A DNA stretch of 64,000 nucleotides from Candidatus Multivoradales bacterium (GCA_965223325.1 CBDCWI010000001.1:1248001-1312000), one strand, 5' to 3'. Positions 10,466-20,462 are shown, numbered from the stretch's first letter. Notes: a model not told the origin generated them from the letters alone. Numbers and translations: made by a program.

Positions 10466-11338
10466 ATGGCCCGCTACCGCAACAGTCCATCCCCCAGCCC
10501 GTTCGGGCGCCGACGCACCATGCGCCGACGGCCTGCCCGTCGCAGCTTTGGCGGCATTCGCCTCCTGATCGCGGCCGGCATCATCGGTTGGGCGCTGATC
10601 TCCTTCTTCCGCTCGAAGGAGTTCAACCCGATTACCGGCGAGCAGATTCACGTCGCGATGACGCCGGAGCAGGAGATCGCCCTCGGTCTCCAGGCCACGC
10701 CGCAGATGATGCAGCAGCACGGCGGCCTCCTGCAGGATCAGAGCCTGCAGGACGCTCTCGACGCCGTCGGTTTCGCGATCGTCGAGGCCAGCGAGGCACG
10801 CCAGACGGATTGGCAGTTCGAGTTCCACCTGCTCGCCGACCCCGAAGTCGTCAACGCCTTTGCCCTGCCTGGCGGCCAGGTGTTCATCACCCGGGCGCTC
10901 TGGGAGCGCCTAGAAACCACCGGGCAGCTGGCCGGCGTGCTCGGGCACGAGATCGGCCATGTGGTGGCGCGTCATTCGGCCCAACGGGTCTCGAAGCAGC
11001 AGCTCTTTCAAGGTCTCCTCGGCGCCGTGCTGGTCGCCGCGGGTGGTGGCGGCAACGAGGCCTACATGGCGCAGATGATCGGTCAAATGGTCAACATGAA
11101 GTACGGCCGCGAAGACGAGCTCCAGTCCGACGATCTGGGGGTCGACTACATGTCTGACGCCGGCTACGACCCGCGCTCCATGGTGCGGGTGATGGAGATC
11201 CTCGCCGAAGCCAGCGGTGGCGCACGCCAACCTGAGTTCATGAGCACCCACCCGAGTCCCGAGAACCGCATCGAAAAGATCCACGAGGCGGTCCGGAAGC
11301 GCTGGCCACAGGGTGTGCCGAGCGATCTCGTACCGTAG
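10466..11338 (+). CDS. M48 family zinc metallopeptidase
   Basis: NAFALPGG, HEIGH, E..SD, STHP motifs; AGGAG RBS. Confidence 0.92.
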   Translation: MARYRNSPSPSPFGRRRTMRRRPARRSFGGIRLLIAAGIIGWALISFFRSKEFNPITGEQIHVAMTPEQEIALGLQATPQMMQQHGGLLQDQSLQDALDAVGFAIVEASEARQTDWQFEFHLLADPEVVNAFALPGGQVFITRALWERLETTGQLAGVLGHEIGHVVARHSAQRVSKQQLFQGLLGAVLVAAGGGGNEAYMAQMIGQMVNMKYGREDELQSDDLGVDYMSDAGYDPRSMVRVMEILAEASGGARQPEFMSTHPSPENRIEKIHEAVRKRWPQGVPSDLVP

Positions 11339-11516
11339 GTTGACGCCGTAGCGAACGCTCGACCGGCAACCCGATTCCGAACGGCCCGCCGGGGCCGTGG
11401 ACCGACGAGTCGTCGTTGTGAGCAGCAGCGCCTAGAATCAGCGAGAGGCTGTTTCAGGCCTCGCCGCAGCCCGGAGCCAGGCGCCCGGGCCCAGATAGGC
11501 CCTGAGGGGAAGAAGC

Positions 11517-12878
11517 ATGCCGCGTAGCCGTTTCGTCGTCATGGGTGCGGGAGAGGTGGGCCATCTGGTCGCCGAAACGCTCTCCCAGGAAAACCACGAC
11601 GTGATCGTGATCGACCTCGACCCGGAAAAGAGACGCATCGAGGACGAGCTCGACGTGCGCTTCATCGCTGGCAGCGGCAGCCATCTCCAGATCTTGAGAC
11701 AGGCTGATGTGGGTTCCTGCGATCTCTTCATCGCCGCCTCGTCGTCCGAAGACGCGAACCTCAGCGCATCGCTCCTGGCGAAGGAGCTGGGCGCCAAGCG
11801 AACGGCGGTGCGCGTTGAGACCACCGAAGACCTGACGACCCATCGCAACGTCTACGAGAAGCTCTTTCAAGCCGACCTGTTGCTCTCACCCCAGATTCAG
11901 GCCACCAATCGGGTTCTCAATTACGTCCTCGGGCACAACACCCAGGAAGTCGACTACTTAGCGCGCGGCCGCATTCAACTGCGCAAGATCGAGGTGCAAA
12001 GCGACAGCCAGCTGGCGCGTCGCTCGCTGCGGGACGTCGACCTGCCGCACGGGTGTCGACTGGTGGGCTACGTCGACTCGACCGGTGGGCTGCGTGCCCC
12101 CCATCCAGATGAGCGCGCACAGGTCGGCACTGAAGCCATCGTCGTGCTCACCGGCGACGCGATTCGCCGTACCGAAAAGCTGTTCGCGTCGAGCCTCGAC
12201 ATGCCGGGCACAGTGGTCATTGCCGGTGCCACCTCGACCGGAATCACGATCGCCCGTGCACTCTCCGGCCAGGCCAAGCACATCAAGTTGATCGAGCGCG
12301 ATCGGCGCCGAGCACGCCACGTCGCGTCCGCCCATCACTGGCTCGAGGTTCTGCATGGCGACGCGACCGATCTGGCCCTTTTGCGCAGCGAGAACATCGG
12401 CAATGCGCATGCCTTCATCGGCGCGACCGGCAACGACGAAACCAACCTCATGGCCGGCCTCGAGGCGCAGGAGCTCGGCGTTGACCACATTGTCGTACTG
12501 GTCGACCGTTCGGAGACCAGCCGCCTGTGGGAGCGCATTGGCGACATCACTCCGATCTCGGCCCGGCAGTTGGCCGCCAAACGAATCGCCGACTACGTCG
12601 CCCACGGCTACCAACCGAATCTGGTGTCGCTCGATGAGGGCGGCATCCAGGTCAAGATGCGGCACATCTATCCCGAAAGCGCCGTTGCCGGGGCGACCCT
12701 GGCGCAGATTGATCCGCCGCAGGGAGTGATCGTCGGAGCCGTCGTGCGCGGAGAGAAGGTCTTCCTGCCGCAGGCGCACGACGCCATCGAAGCCGGCGAC
12801 GAGGTGCTGTTGTTCGTTCACCCGAGTGAGCTCAAGACGCTCAAGCTCTTCTTCCCCGGCAAGGACACCGTCGCCTGA
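11517..12878 (+). CDS. trkA: Trk system potassium transporter regulatory subunit TrkA
   Basis: Two RCK N/C pairs, GAGEVG Rossmann motif, 453 aa, adjacent to trkH. Confidence 0.88.
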   Translation: MPRSRFVVMGAGEVGHLVAETLSQENHDVIVIDLDPEKRRIEDELDVRFIAGSGSHLQILRQADVGSCDLFIAASSSEDANLSASLLAKELGAKRTAVRVETTEDLTTHRNVYEKLFQADLLLSPQIQATNRVLNYVLGHNTQEVDYLARGRIQLRKIEVQSDSQLARRSLRDVDLPHGCRLVGYVDSTGGLRAPHPDERAQVGTEAIVVLTGDAIRRTEKLFASSLDMPGTVVIAGATSTGITIARALSGQAKHIKLIERDRRRARHVASAHHWLEVLHGDATDLALLRSENIGNAHAFIGATGNDETNLMAGLEAQELGVDHIVVLVDRSETSRLWERIGDITPISARQLAAKRIADYVAHGYQPNLVSLDEGGIQVKMRHIYPESAVAGATLAQIDPPQGVIVGAVVRGEKVFLPQAHDAIEAGDEVLLFVHPSELKTLKLFFPGKDTVA

Positions 12879-12891
12879 TGAGACGCGGGCG

Positions 12892-14346
12892 TTGAATCTT
12901 CGCGCGGTCGCTGGGCTGCTTTCTCAACTCGTCGGCCTGATCGGCGCAGCACTGGGTCTGCCGCTGTTGTGGAGTTTGATCTACGGAGAGTCGGAATCGG
13001 GGCTGGCGATCCTGGGAACGATCGCGATCGCGTCGGCGACGGCACTCGTCCTGCGGCTGATCGGCGGACCGCGCGAGACCCGCGGCGCCCTCTACCGCCG
13101 CGACGGCATTCTGATCGTGGCTGGCGGTTGGCTCCTGGCGTCGCTGATCGGTGCGATTCCCTACCTTCTGAGCGGCTACATTCCCGACCCGGCTGATGCC
13201 CTGTTCGAGTCGGCCTCGGGCTTTACGACCACCGGCGCATCGGTTCTCACCGAGATCGAAGCGGTCGGCCGCGGCATCCTGTTCTGGCGCTCCCTGACGC
13301 AGTGGCTGGGTGGCCTCGGCATCATCGTCTTGTTCGTCGCGCTGCTCTCGGAGCTCGGACCCGGCGCGCGGTTTCTCTACCGGCTCGAGGTTCCTGGACC
13401 AACGGCCGAAGTGTTGTCGCCGCACGTGCGCCAATCGGCGTTGGTCTTGTGGCAGTTCTACCTCGGACTCACCCTGCTTCTGACAGTGCTACTCCTGCTC
13501 TGCGGCATGGGCCCCTACGACGCGCTGTCGCACTCCTTTACTACGCTCTCGACCGGCGGTTTCTCGCCCTACGGTGCGAGCGTCGCCGCCTTCGACTCGC
13601 CGGCAATCGACAGCATCATCACCGTGTTCATGGTCATCGCCGGCATCAACTTCTCGCTGTTCTTCGGCATTCGTCGGAAGGGTCTGGGGCTCTTCAAGGA
13701 TCGGGAGCTCGCTCTCTACCTCGCCCTGCTCTTCGCCGCTACGGTCTACATCTCGCGCGACCTGCTGCATCACGGCCAGGCGAGTGGTGTCGGCGAGGCG
13801 GTACGTTACGCCAGCTTTCAGGCGGCATCACTGATGACCACGACCGGGTTTGCGACCGCCGACTTCGACGTCTGGTCCGATTCTTCGCGCGCTCTCCTGC
13901 TCGGCTTGATGATCCTCGGCGGCTGCGCCGGTTCGACTGCCGGTGGTCTCAAAGTAATGCGGGCACTGATTGCCTGGAAAGCCGCGCTGCGTGAGTCGCG
14001 ACGCATCTTCCGTCCCAACACGATCATGCCGATCGCCATCGGTGACGCCACGGTTCCAGGCTGGGTGTCGTCGAGCGTGGCCGGCTTTGTCATTCTCTAT
14101 TTCGCGCTGCTCCTTCTGGGCGCGCTCATCCTGGCTCTCTCCGGCCACGACCTGTTGACCGCGTCGAGCGCAGCGCTCGCTTGCCTCGGAAACATCGGCC
14201 CGGGAATCGAGGCCGTCGGACCTACCCGGAACTTCGCGCATTTCGGCAGCTTCGAGAAGCTCGTGTTGGTCGCTCTCATGTGGCTTGGACGACTCGAGAT
14301 CCTGGCGATCACGGCCACTCTTCACCGCAGCTTCTGGCGACCCTGA
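12892..14346 (+). CDS. trkH: TrkH family potassium uptake membrane protein
   Basis: FESASGFTTTGAS, TLSTGGFS, TTTGF, GGCAGSTAGGLK, LGNIGPG, MWLGRLE; TTG start estimated. Confidence 0.92.
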   Translation: MNLRAVAGLLSQLVGLIGAALGLPLLWSLIYGESESGLAILGTIAIASATALVLRLIGGPRETRGALYRRDGILIVAGGWLLASLIGAIPYLLSGYIPDPADALFESASGFTTTGASVLTEIEAVGRGILFWRSLTQWLGGLGIIVLFVALLSELGPGARFLYRLEVPGPTAEVLSPHVRQSALVLWQFYLGLTLLLTVLLLLCGMGPYDALSHSFTTLSTGGFSPYGASVAAFDSPAIDSIITVFMVIAGINFSLFFGIRRKGLGLFKDRELALYLALLFAATVYISRDLLHHGQASGVGEAVRYASFQAASLMTTTGFATADFDVWSDSSRALLLGLMILGGCAGSTAGGLKVMRALIAWKAALRESRRIFRPNTIMPIAIGDATVPGWVSSSVAGFVILYFALLLLGALILALSGHDLLTASSAALACLGNIGPGIEAVGPTRNFAHFGSFEKLVLVALMWLGRLEILAITATLHRSFWRP

Positions 14347-14432
14347 CGACCGAGGGCAAAGCGATACGCTTTCGATCGTCCCCGCCATGAGAACCTGCTG
14401 AAACCACGACCTCGAGACCGGGAGTCCTACGG

Positions 14433-15842
14433 ATGTCCAAGAAGAAGATCGATCGCCGCAACCTGCTGTTCGGCTCCATCGCCGGTGCCACGGTAGCAGC
14501 TGCCACCGGCGCCACCGCTTCAGCCAACGAGTCTTCGCCGCACGGATCGCCGCAGCACGGTGCCCAGCGCTCACCGACTTTGCCACCGCGCTCATACCTG
14601 GACCGGGAGGGGTTTCGCGCCGCACCGATCGACGAGGTTCGCATCGGCTTCGTGGGAACCGGTCTCCAGGGCGGCGGGCACGTTCGCAACTTCCTGGGCA
14701 TCGAGGGAGTGAGCGTGCGCGCCATCTGCGACGTCGACAGAGCGCGCGCCGAGGAAGTCGCCTCGTGGGTGGCGAAAGTCGGCCAGCCGGCGCCCGAGCT
14801 CTACACCAGGGGGCCGGAAGACTGGCGACGGCTCTGTGAGCGGCCTGACATTGACCTGGTGTTCAACGCCACCCCTTGGGAGTGGCACGTGCCTGTGTGT
14901 ACGGCAGCGATGGAAGCCGGCAAGCACACGGCTGTCGAGGTCCCGGCTGCGATCACATTGGACGGATGCTGGGAACTGGTCGAAACGGCCGAACGCACAG
15001 AGCGCCACTGCGTGATGATGGAGAACTGCAACTACGGCCAGCGCGAACTGATGATCCTGCGTATGTGTCGCATGGGCATGCTCGGTGAGCTGCTACACGC
15101 CGAGGGGGCGTACATTCACGACCTGCGCGGCATCAAGTTCGGGGCGACCAACGAAGGGCTGTGGCGCTGGCGGCACTCGGTCGAGCGCAACGCCAACCTC
15201 TACCCCACCCACGGCCTCGGCCCCGTCGCACAGTGTCTCGACATCAACCGCGGCGATGCGTTCGACTACCTGGTTTCGATGAGCAGTCCGGCGCGAGGCA
15301 TAGAGGCCTGGGTCGAAGAACACCTTCCGGAGTCTGACCCGCGGCGGCACTATCACTACGCGCTCGGCGACATGAACTCGAGCTTGATCCGCACGCGCCG
15401 CGGTCGCACGATCCTCCTACAGCACGACACGACCACGCCGCGCCCCTACAGTCGAATCAACCTCGTCCAGGGAACCAAGGGCACCGTCACTGGCTATCCA
15501 GACCGGGCCTTCCTCGAAGATCGGTCGCCAGACGGACATCGTTGGCAGGACCTCGAAACGTTGCAAAGAGAGTTCGAGCACCCGCTGTGGAAGGAACACG
15601 GTGCCGGGGCCGCCGGCGCCGGTCACGGCGGCATGGACTATCTCGAAGATCTGCGGCTGATCCAGGCTCTGCGCGAGGGTCGTCCCACCGATATGGACGT
15701 CTACGACGCCGCCGCCCTTTCGGTGCCGGTCGCCCTCAGTGAGACCTCGGTCAGAGAGCGCAGCCGACCGGTCGACTTCCCGGACTTCACCCGCGGGCTG
15801 TGGAGAAAAAGGGTGCCCATTCCGCTGGGAAACGGGATCTAG
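14433..15842 (+). CDS. Gfo/Idh/MocA NAD-dependent oxidoreductase, GH109 alpha-N-acetylgalactosaminidase-like, Tat-exported
   Basis: Tat DRRNLL; ATPWEWH, EVPAA, MENCNY, YPTHGLGP, GHGGMD, PDFTRG motifs. Confidence 0.88.
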   Translation: MSKKKIDRRNLLFGSIAGATVAAATGATASANESSPHGSPQHGAQRSPTLPPRSYLDREGFRAAPIDEVRIGFVGTGLQGGGHVRNFLGIEGVSVRAICDVDRARAEEVASWVAKVGQPAPELYTRGPEDWRRLCERPDIDLVFNATPWEWHVPVCTAAMEAGKHTAVEVPAAITLDGCWELVETAERTERHCVMMENCNYGQRELMILRMCRMGMLGELLHAEGAYIHDLRGIKFGATNEGLWRWRHSVERNANLYPTHGLGPVAQCLDINRGDAFDYLVSMSSPARGIEAWVEEHLPESDPRRHYHYALGDMNSSLIRTRRGRTILLQHDTTTPRPYSRINLVQGTKGTVTGYPDRAFLEDRSPDGHRWQDLETLQREFEHPLWKEHGAGAAGAGHGGMDYLEDLRLIQALREGRPTDMDVYDAAALSVPVALSETSVRERSRPVDFPDFTRGLWRKRVPIPLGNGI

Positions 15843-15956
15843 CACTGGGAATCAGAGGTTTCGCGGGCGAGCTTGCAGTCACCGATTCACAACTTTAAAA
15901 TAGTTTCTCCCCTGTTTCGATTCACCGAGGGCTGACGTCCCAGAGCCGAGCGCTCG

Positions 15957-17297
15957 ATGGCTCATTGGCCTGGACTCTCAATGAAGAGGTGCTCTGCTGT
16001 GTACAAATTCCCTGTTATCTCCCTGCCCGTCGCTTCAAGGCCTGCCGCGCTTGCCTTCCCGAAGCTCTGGGCACCATGTCTGGCGCTGGTCGCGGCCTTG
16101 TTCTGGACGCTCCCCCTCACCGCCCAGTCCTTCCTGGCACATCCCCAGAAGAATGGCCCACAGCGCGCGCCTGATGTCGCCATCGCCGACGACGGCACCT
16201 TCCTGGTCGCCTGGTCGAACGACGACAGCGAGAAGATCGAGGCCCGCTTCTTCAACGCCGATGGAACCCCCGGAAGCGATGTGCTCATCCTCGGCAACGG
16301 CGACCCCTTTCCGCCAACGGTCGGCGTCGCGGCGCTCAATCCCGGCTTCATCGTGGTCTGGGACGCTCCCAGCTTCGAGCTCCAGGGCCGATACGTCAGC
16401 GCCGACGGGGTGCCGTCCGGTGACGCTTTTCTGGTTCTATACGGCTACTACGGTGCGGTGGCCTCGAACAGCAGCGGCGACTTCGTCGTTTCGGCCAACA
16501 GCTACGCCGATTCGAACATGATCCCAGACGAAACCGACCCCGACGACATGGTGGTCGCCAAGCGCTATCGCCGCAATCAGGCGGGCGAGTACATCCCCTC
16601 AGACCCGATTCAGGTCAACGTCAGAACGGTAGGCCTGCAGACCAACTCGGCGGTCGATATGTGGGAAGACGGCACCTATGTCGTCGCCTGGGAGCTCAAC
16701 TGCCCAAGCTCGGACCCCTGCGAGGACGGCGACGACGCCTTCGGGGTGCGTTTCCGGCGGTTCAAGAAGAACTCCGACCCGATCACCAGCGAGATCAAAC
16801 CGCACGACCTCGGCGCTGGCCTTCAGCTCGCTCCCGACGTCTTCGCTCGTCCCGACGGCACCTTCGTGATGACCTGGGACGGTCAGGTCGCCGGCGCCGA
16901 TTCACGATCGACGATCTGGGTGCGCGGCTTCAGTGCCAATGGCTCGGCGTTCGGTCCCGAGGAGATCGTTCCCACGTCGACCGACGATCAGCTCAGTCCT
17001 TCGATCGCGGGCGCTGACTCGGGTGAGCTGCTCATCGTCTGGGACGATGAGCAGGAGAACCTGCAAGGTCGTCTTCTCGACGCGCAGCTCGGTCGCCTTT
17101 CAGACGAGTTGCCGCTGAGCGGCAGGGCGATGGGCGAGCGGCCACATGTCGACGGAGCTGGAGATCGCTTCTGGATCGCCTGGTCGGACGTGTTCACCGG
17201 CGGCGCCGACGTCTACCTGGACACCCTGGTCGTGCCGCTGTTCGAAGACGACTTCGAGAGCGAGGGCACCAGCAAGTGGTCATCGACCACGCCCTGA
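15957..17297 (+). CDS. Secreted repeat (probable beta-propeller) protein with C-terminal FEDDFES..W tail
   Basis: Repeated P.VA...G.F.V.W units; signal peptide; start uncertain. Confidence 0.7.
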   Translation: MAHWPGLSMKRCSAVYKFPVISLPVASRPAALAFPKLWAPCLALVAALFWTLPLTAQSFLAHPQKNGPQRAPDVAIADDGTFLVAWSNDDSEKIEARFFNADGTPGSDVLILGNGDPFPPTVGVAALNPGFIVVWDAPSFELQGRYVSADGVPSGDAFLVLYGYYGAVASNSSGDFVVSANSYADSNMIPDETDPDDMVVAKRYRRNQAGEYIPSDPIQVNVRTVGLQTNSAVDMWEDGTYVVAWELNCPSSDPCEDGDDAFGVRFRRFKKNSDPITSEIKPHDLGAGLQLAPDVFARPDGTFVMTWDGQVAGADSRSTIWVRGFSANGSAFGPEEIVPTSTDDQLSPSIAGADSGELLIVWDDEQENLQGRLLDAQLGRLSDELPLSGRAMGERPHVDGAGDRFWIAWSDVFTGGADVYLDTLVVPLFEDDFESEGTSKWSSTTP

Positions 17298-17316
17298 CAC
17301 CAACTATCATCGGCGG

Positions 17317-18003
17317 ATGACGATCACCGCCGGGAACCCGCCACTCGATCCCAAGGGTCTCCTGGTCAGCGACCTGTGGGTCGATGCGTTCGACGCTCAC
17401 GACCAGCTCGCGGCGCGGCGTGCCCAGGGACTGGTCACAGAAGACGAAGCCGCCGGCCTCGCTCAGTTCATCGACGAGGGGTACCTGACGATCGATCTCG
17501 GGGTCGACACTTCAACCTGCGAGAGGATCCAGGAGAGCGTCGAGCAGTTGTGGCGAGAGAAACCGCACGACGTCGCCTTCGCCTATCGTGCACCCTTGCA
17601 GAGAATGTCCGATCTGCCCTACTACCAGTTCGAGCCCGGCGTCTGGCGCTTCGACCCGCAGCGCTTCGGCGACGAAGACGCCAAGCGTCAAGCGCAACAT
17701 GACCTCGATGAGTGCGAACGGGCCGGTCTCGAGGTCGAGCGGTTCCTGCCACGGCGCGGTCATGCCCTGCTCTGGCATCACTCGCTGCTGCACGGCGGCA
17801 GCTACCCCGAAGACCCGCGTTCGACGCGCAAGAGTTTCGTCGTCCACTACGCGACGCTCGAGAACCAGGAGTCTGCTCGCATTTCCATTCAGGAGGGCGG
17901 CGAACTCCGAACCTATGAGAGCTTCGAGGTCATGGCGCGCGGTGAGGCGTTCGGGTATCAGAGTCCACTACGCAGTGAACAGTCTGCGCCCGAGGTCTTC
18001 TAG
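17317..18003 (+). CDS. Phytanoyl-CoA dioxygenase (PhyH)-like protein, apparently internally deleted (possible pseudogene)
   Basis: N-terminal F.DEGY and C-terminal G.ALLWH..L.HGG....TRKS.V.HY present; HxD and W.ALED..GPL..PGSH absent. Confidence 0.65.
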   Translation: MTITAGNPPLDPKGLLVSDLWVDAFDAHDQLAARRAQGLVTEDEAAGLAQFIDEGYLTIDLGVDTSTCERIQESVEQLWREKPHDVAFAYRAPLQRMSDLPYYQFEPGVWRFDPQRFGDEDAKRQAQHDLDECERAGLEVERFLPRRGHALLWHHSLLHGGSYPEDPRSTRKSFVVHYATLENQESARISIQEGGELRTYESFEVMARGEAFGYQSPLRSEQSAPEVF

Positions 18004-18095
18004 AAAGAGTTTCGGTTCGGGCAAGCCGCCGAGGGCGCCTCGGTCACCAGAAGGAAACGTCGGCGATCCGCAGCGGGAGTGCCTCAGGGCGTCCC

Positions 18096-18779
18096 TCAGG
18101 CTTTGTCGGCAACCATCACCGCTGCCAGAGCGGGCTGTCTGTCTCTAAAAGACAGGGCGCTCGTTTCTCCGAGGGCAAGAGCTTCCGGACAAAGAACCGA
18201 CGGTCGACGGATGCCGGCATGCGGCCACACCCCGTCGGGCGGGCGAAAGCGAAACAACCGCACCTGATCGAACGCCGCCTCCACCATCGCCCGCCAATAC
18301 CAGACGTAGGGGTGACGCAGCTCGGGCGCTACTCTCCTCGCCTCGGCGAGCTCGGCCGGAAATGCAACGGCAGGCATCGAGAAGGCTGCGCGACCGCTCT
18401 CCAGGCTCCTCGCCAAAGTCGCCAGGGCGTCTTCGGGACTGGCGCACTGCGGCAACCAGTCGAGGGCGAGGACGGCGTCGCACCCCGCATGCTTGTCGAG
18501 CGCGGCTGCCGCGGCCTCCGGGCGGAGGTTCGGGGCGAGCTCGAAGGACGCCTCGCCTTTCGAAGAGGACCTGGCGTATCGCTTGCTTGCGAACTTCTGG
18601 AGGCGCGGGTCCTGCTCGACTCCCCGATAGCTCGTCACCCCCGCGCCCGCGAGGACCGGAGCCTGGAAGCCCGTACCCGAACCAATCTCGAACACCCACC
18701 GACCAGTCAGCAACGGTGCCAACCGTTGATAGAGCGCGAGCCTGGTGCGATAGCGATCGTCCTCGAGCAAGGGCGACAT
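18096..18779 (-). CDS. Class I SAM-dependent methyltransferase
   Basis: VFEIGSGTG motif I, acidic residue in GVEQD; start uncertain (18779-18902). Confidence 0.75.
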   Translation of the reverse strand: MSPLLEDDRYRTRLALYQRLAPLLTGRWVFEIGSGTGFQAPVLAGAGVTSYRGVEQDPRLQKFASKRYARSSSKGEASFELAPNLRPEAAAAALDKHAGCDAVLALDWLPQCASPEDALATLARSLESGRAAFSMPAVAFPAELAEARRVAPELRHPYVWYWRAMVEAAFDQVRLFRFRPPDGVWPHAGIRRPSVLCPEALALGETSALSFRDRQPALAAVMVADKA

Positions 18780-18958
18780 CGGATCGCTCTTTGCCGACAG
18801 ACCGTTGACCATCAGGCGAAGGCGGTAGAAGACCTTGCCCAGGGATCTGGATACAGCAGAAGACATGGAGAAGGGCAGGCTATCAGTGTCGTGGGCGTAC
18901 ACTGAACGGTGAAATCAGTGCCGCACACACCCCGACTCTCTCTGCCTGGAGGCCTCGA

Positions 18959-19714
18959 ATGTCTGATCAGCCACAAGCCGAACCCACGGTCGAACGCGTC
19001 GACAACCATGGAGTCTCCTACCTGTCGCTCAATCGACCAGACAAGCTCAACGCACTGTCGCCCGCCCTGTTCGTCGAACTGCGCGCCCACATCGACCGTC
19101 TGGCAGGCGAGGCCACATCGATCGGCGTCGTTGTCCTGCGGGGTAACGGGCGTTCCTTCTCAGCCGGCAACGACCTCAAAGCCATTCAGGCTGGCGAACG
19201 GGCACCGACTCCGCACTTCCAGGCCGACACGCTCTGTGCAATCGAAGAGCTACCGCAGCCCGTTATCTGCTCGGTACGCGGTCACTGTTTGACTGGAGCA
19301 CTCGAGCTGGCGCTGGCCGGCGACCTCATCATCGCCTCCGACACTGCCCGCTTTGCCGACACCCACGGCAAGTGGGCGATGACGCCGACCTGGGGAATGA
19401 GCCAGCGGTTGCCCCGTCGCGTCGGTCCTCACAAGGCGCTCGAGTGGATGCTGACCGGTCGCACCATCGACGGTGCCGAAGCCGCGGCTTCCGGTCTAGC
19501 AAACCTCTGCGTTCCAGACGACGCCCTCGACGAGACAACCCGCGAATGGGCCGAACAGATCGCTGCCAACTCGTGGCACACCCTCGCCGCCGACAAGATG
19601 TTGGTGCGCGGCGCTCTCGATCGCGGCCTCGAAGAGGGTCTTCGGTTCGAGCGCCAGAACAGCCCTGGTCGAGGCCCCGATATGGAGGAGCGCCTGAAAG
19701 CCTTCGGGCGCTAG
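18959..19714 (+). CDS. Enoyl-CoA hydratase/isomerase family protein
   Basis: LNRPDKLNAL, FSAGNDL, GALELALAGD, FADTH; GGAGG RBS. Confidence 0.92.
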   Translation: MSDQPQAEPTVERVDNHGVSYLSLNRPDKLNALSPALFVELRAHIDRLAGEATSIGVVVLRGNGRSFSAGNDLKAIQAGERAPTPHFQADTLCAIEELPQPVICSVRGHCLTGALELALAGDLIIASDTARFADTHGKWAMTPTWGMSQRLPRRVGPHKALEWMLTGRTIDGAEAAASGLANLCVPDDALDETTREWAEQIAANSWHTLAADKMLVRGALDRGLEEGLRFERQNSPGRGPDMEERLKAFGR

Positions 19715-20178
19715 TCGACCTCGAAAACCGCGTCGATCTCGACTGGGACGTCAAAAGGAAGCACGTTGGTCCCGACGGCGAAGCGCGCGTGCCGCCCCCG
19801 CTCACCGAGCGCCTCGACCATCAGGTCGGAGGCGCCGTTGACCACCATCGGCTGCTGATCGAACTCGGGGACGCAGTTGACGAAGCCCCCCAGCTTGACA
19901 CAGCGCCGCACGCGCTCCAGGTCTCCACCCAGCGCGGCCTTCAGCGCCCCCAGAATGTTGAGCCCCACGAGACGGGCGGCAGCGTTGGCCTCCTGGGGAT
20001 TGACCCCTCGGCCGACCTTGCCACGATAGAGAATCTTGCCGTTCTTGACCGGCACCTGACCCGAAATAAAGACCAGATTGCCCGACCGCACCCAGGGAAC
20101 ATAGTTGGCGGCGGGCGCAGCGACGTCAGGAACCTCGATGCCCGCTGCCTCGAGTCGCTCCTGGATGGTTTCGGCCAC
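19711..20178 (-). CDS. RidA/YjgF family protein
   Basis: PAANYVP, ISGQVP, NGASDL, GRHARFAVG..LP...PVEID; GAGGA RBS before GTG 20178. Confidence 0.9.
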   Translation of the reverse strand: MAETIQERLEAAGIEVPDVAAPAANYVPWVRSGNLVFISGQVPVKNGKILYRGKVGRGVNPQEANAAARLVGLNILGALKAALGGDLERVRRCVKLGGFVNCVPEFDQQPMVVNGASDLMVEALGERGRHARFAVGTNVLPFDVPVEIDAVFEVD

Positions 20179-20293
20179 GATCCTCTCCTCAGTCGGAAAC
20201 TTTTTGGGGCCGCAGCCTAGCACGTACTCCTCGCCATTCTAAGGATTCTCCTCGAACGTGTGCGGCCCGCCGATACCGCCGACAGCGAGGCGG

Positions 20294-20413
20294 TTTTCCA
20301 CACCACGCCAACACCCAGAACGACAGTCATCTCCACCGCGTTCCAGGGAGTTTTTCCACAGTTTTCTCCTCAGTTCCAGTCACCGCCCACAGCTTTTCCA
20401 CAAGTTTTCCACA
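20294..20413 (+). promoter_or_regulatory. Cluster of four co-oriented DnaA boxes (TTTTCCACA)
   Basis: TTTTCCACA at 20294, 20352, 20394 and 20405, each matching TTWTNCACA. Confidence 0.65.
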
Positions 20414-20448
20414 ACCGCCCAAGAGGACCCGGGTGATAGCGTGTTTCG

Positions 20449-20462
20449 ACCGACCGGTCGGT
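20449..20462. promoter_or_regulatory. 14-bp perfect palindrome, candidate TetR-type operator
   Basis: ACCGACCGGTCGGT ending about 46 bp upstream of the serine hydrolase ATG. Confidence 0.45.

Noticed and set aside
20294-20413. Firm oriC call
   Set aside because: No dnaA/dnaN nearby, no evident AT-rich unwinding element, no gene-strand switch, and GC skew cannot be computed here
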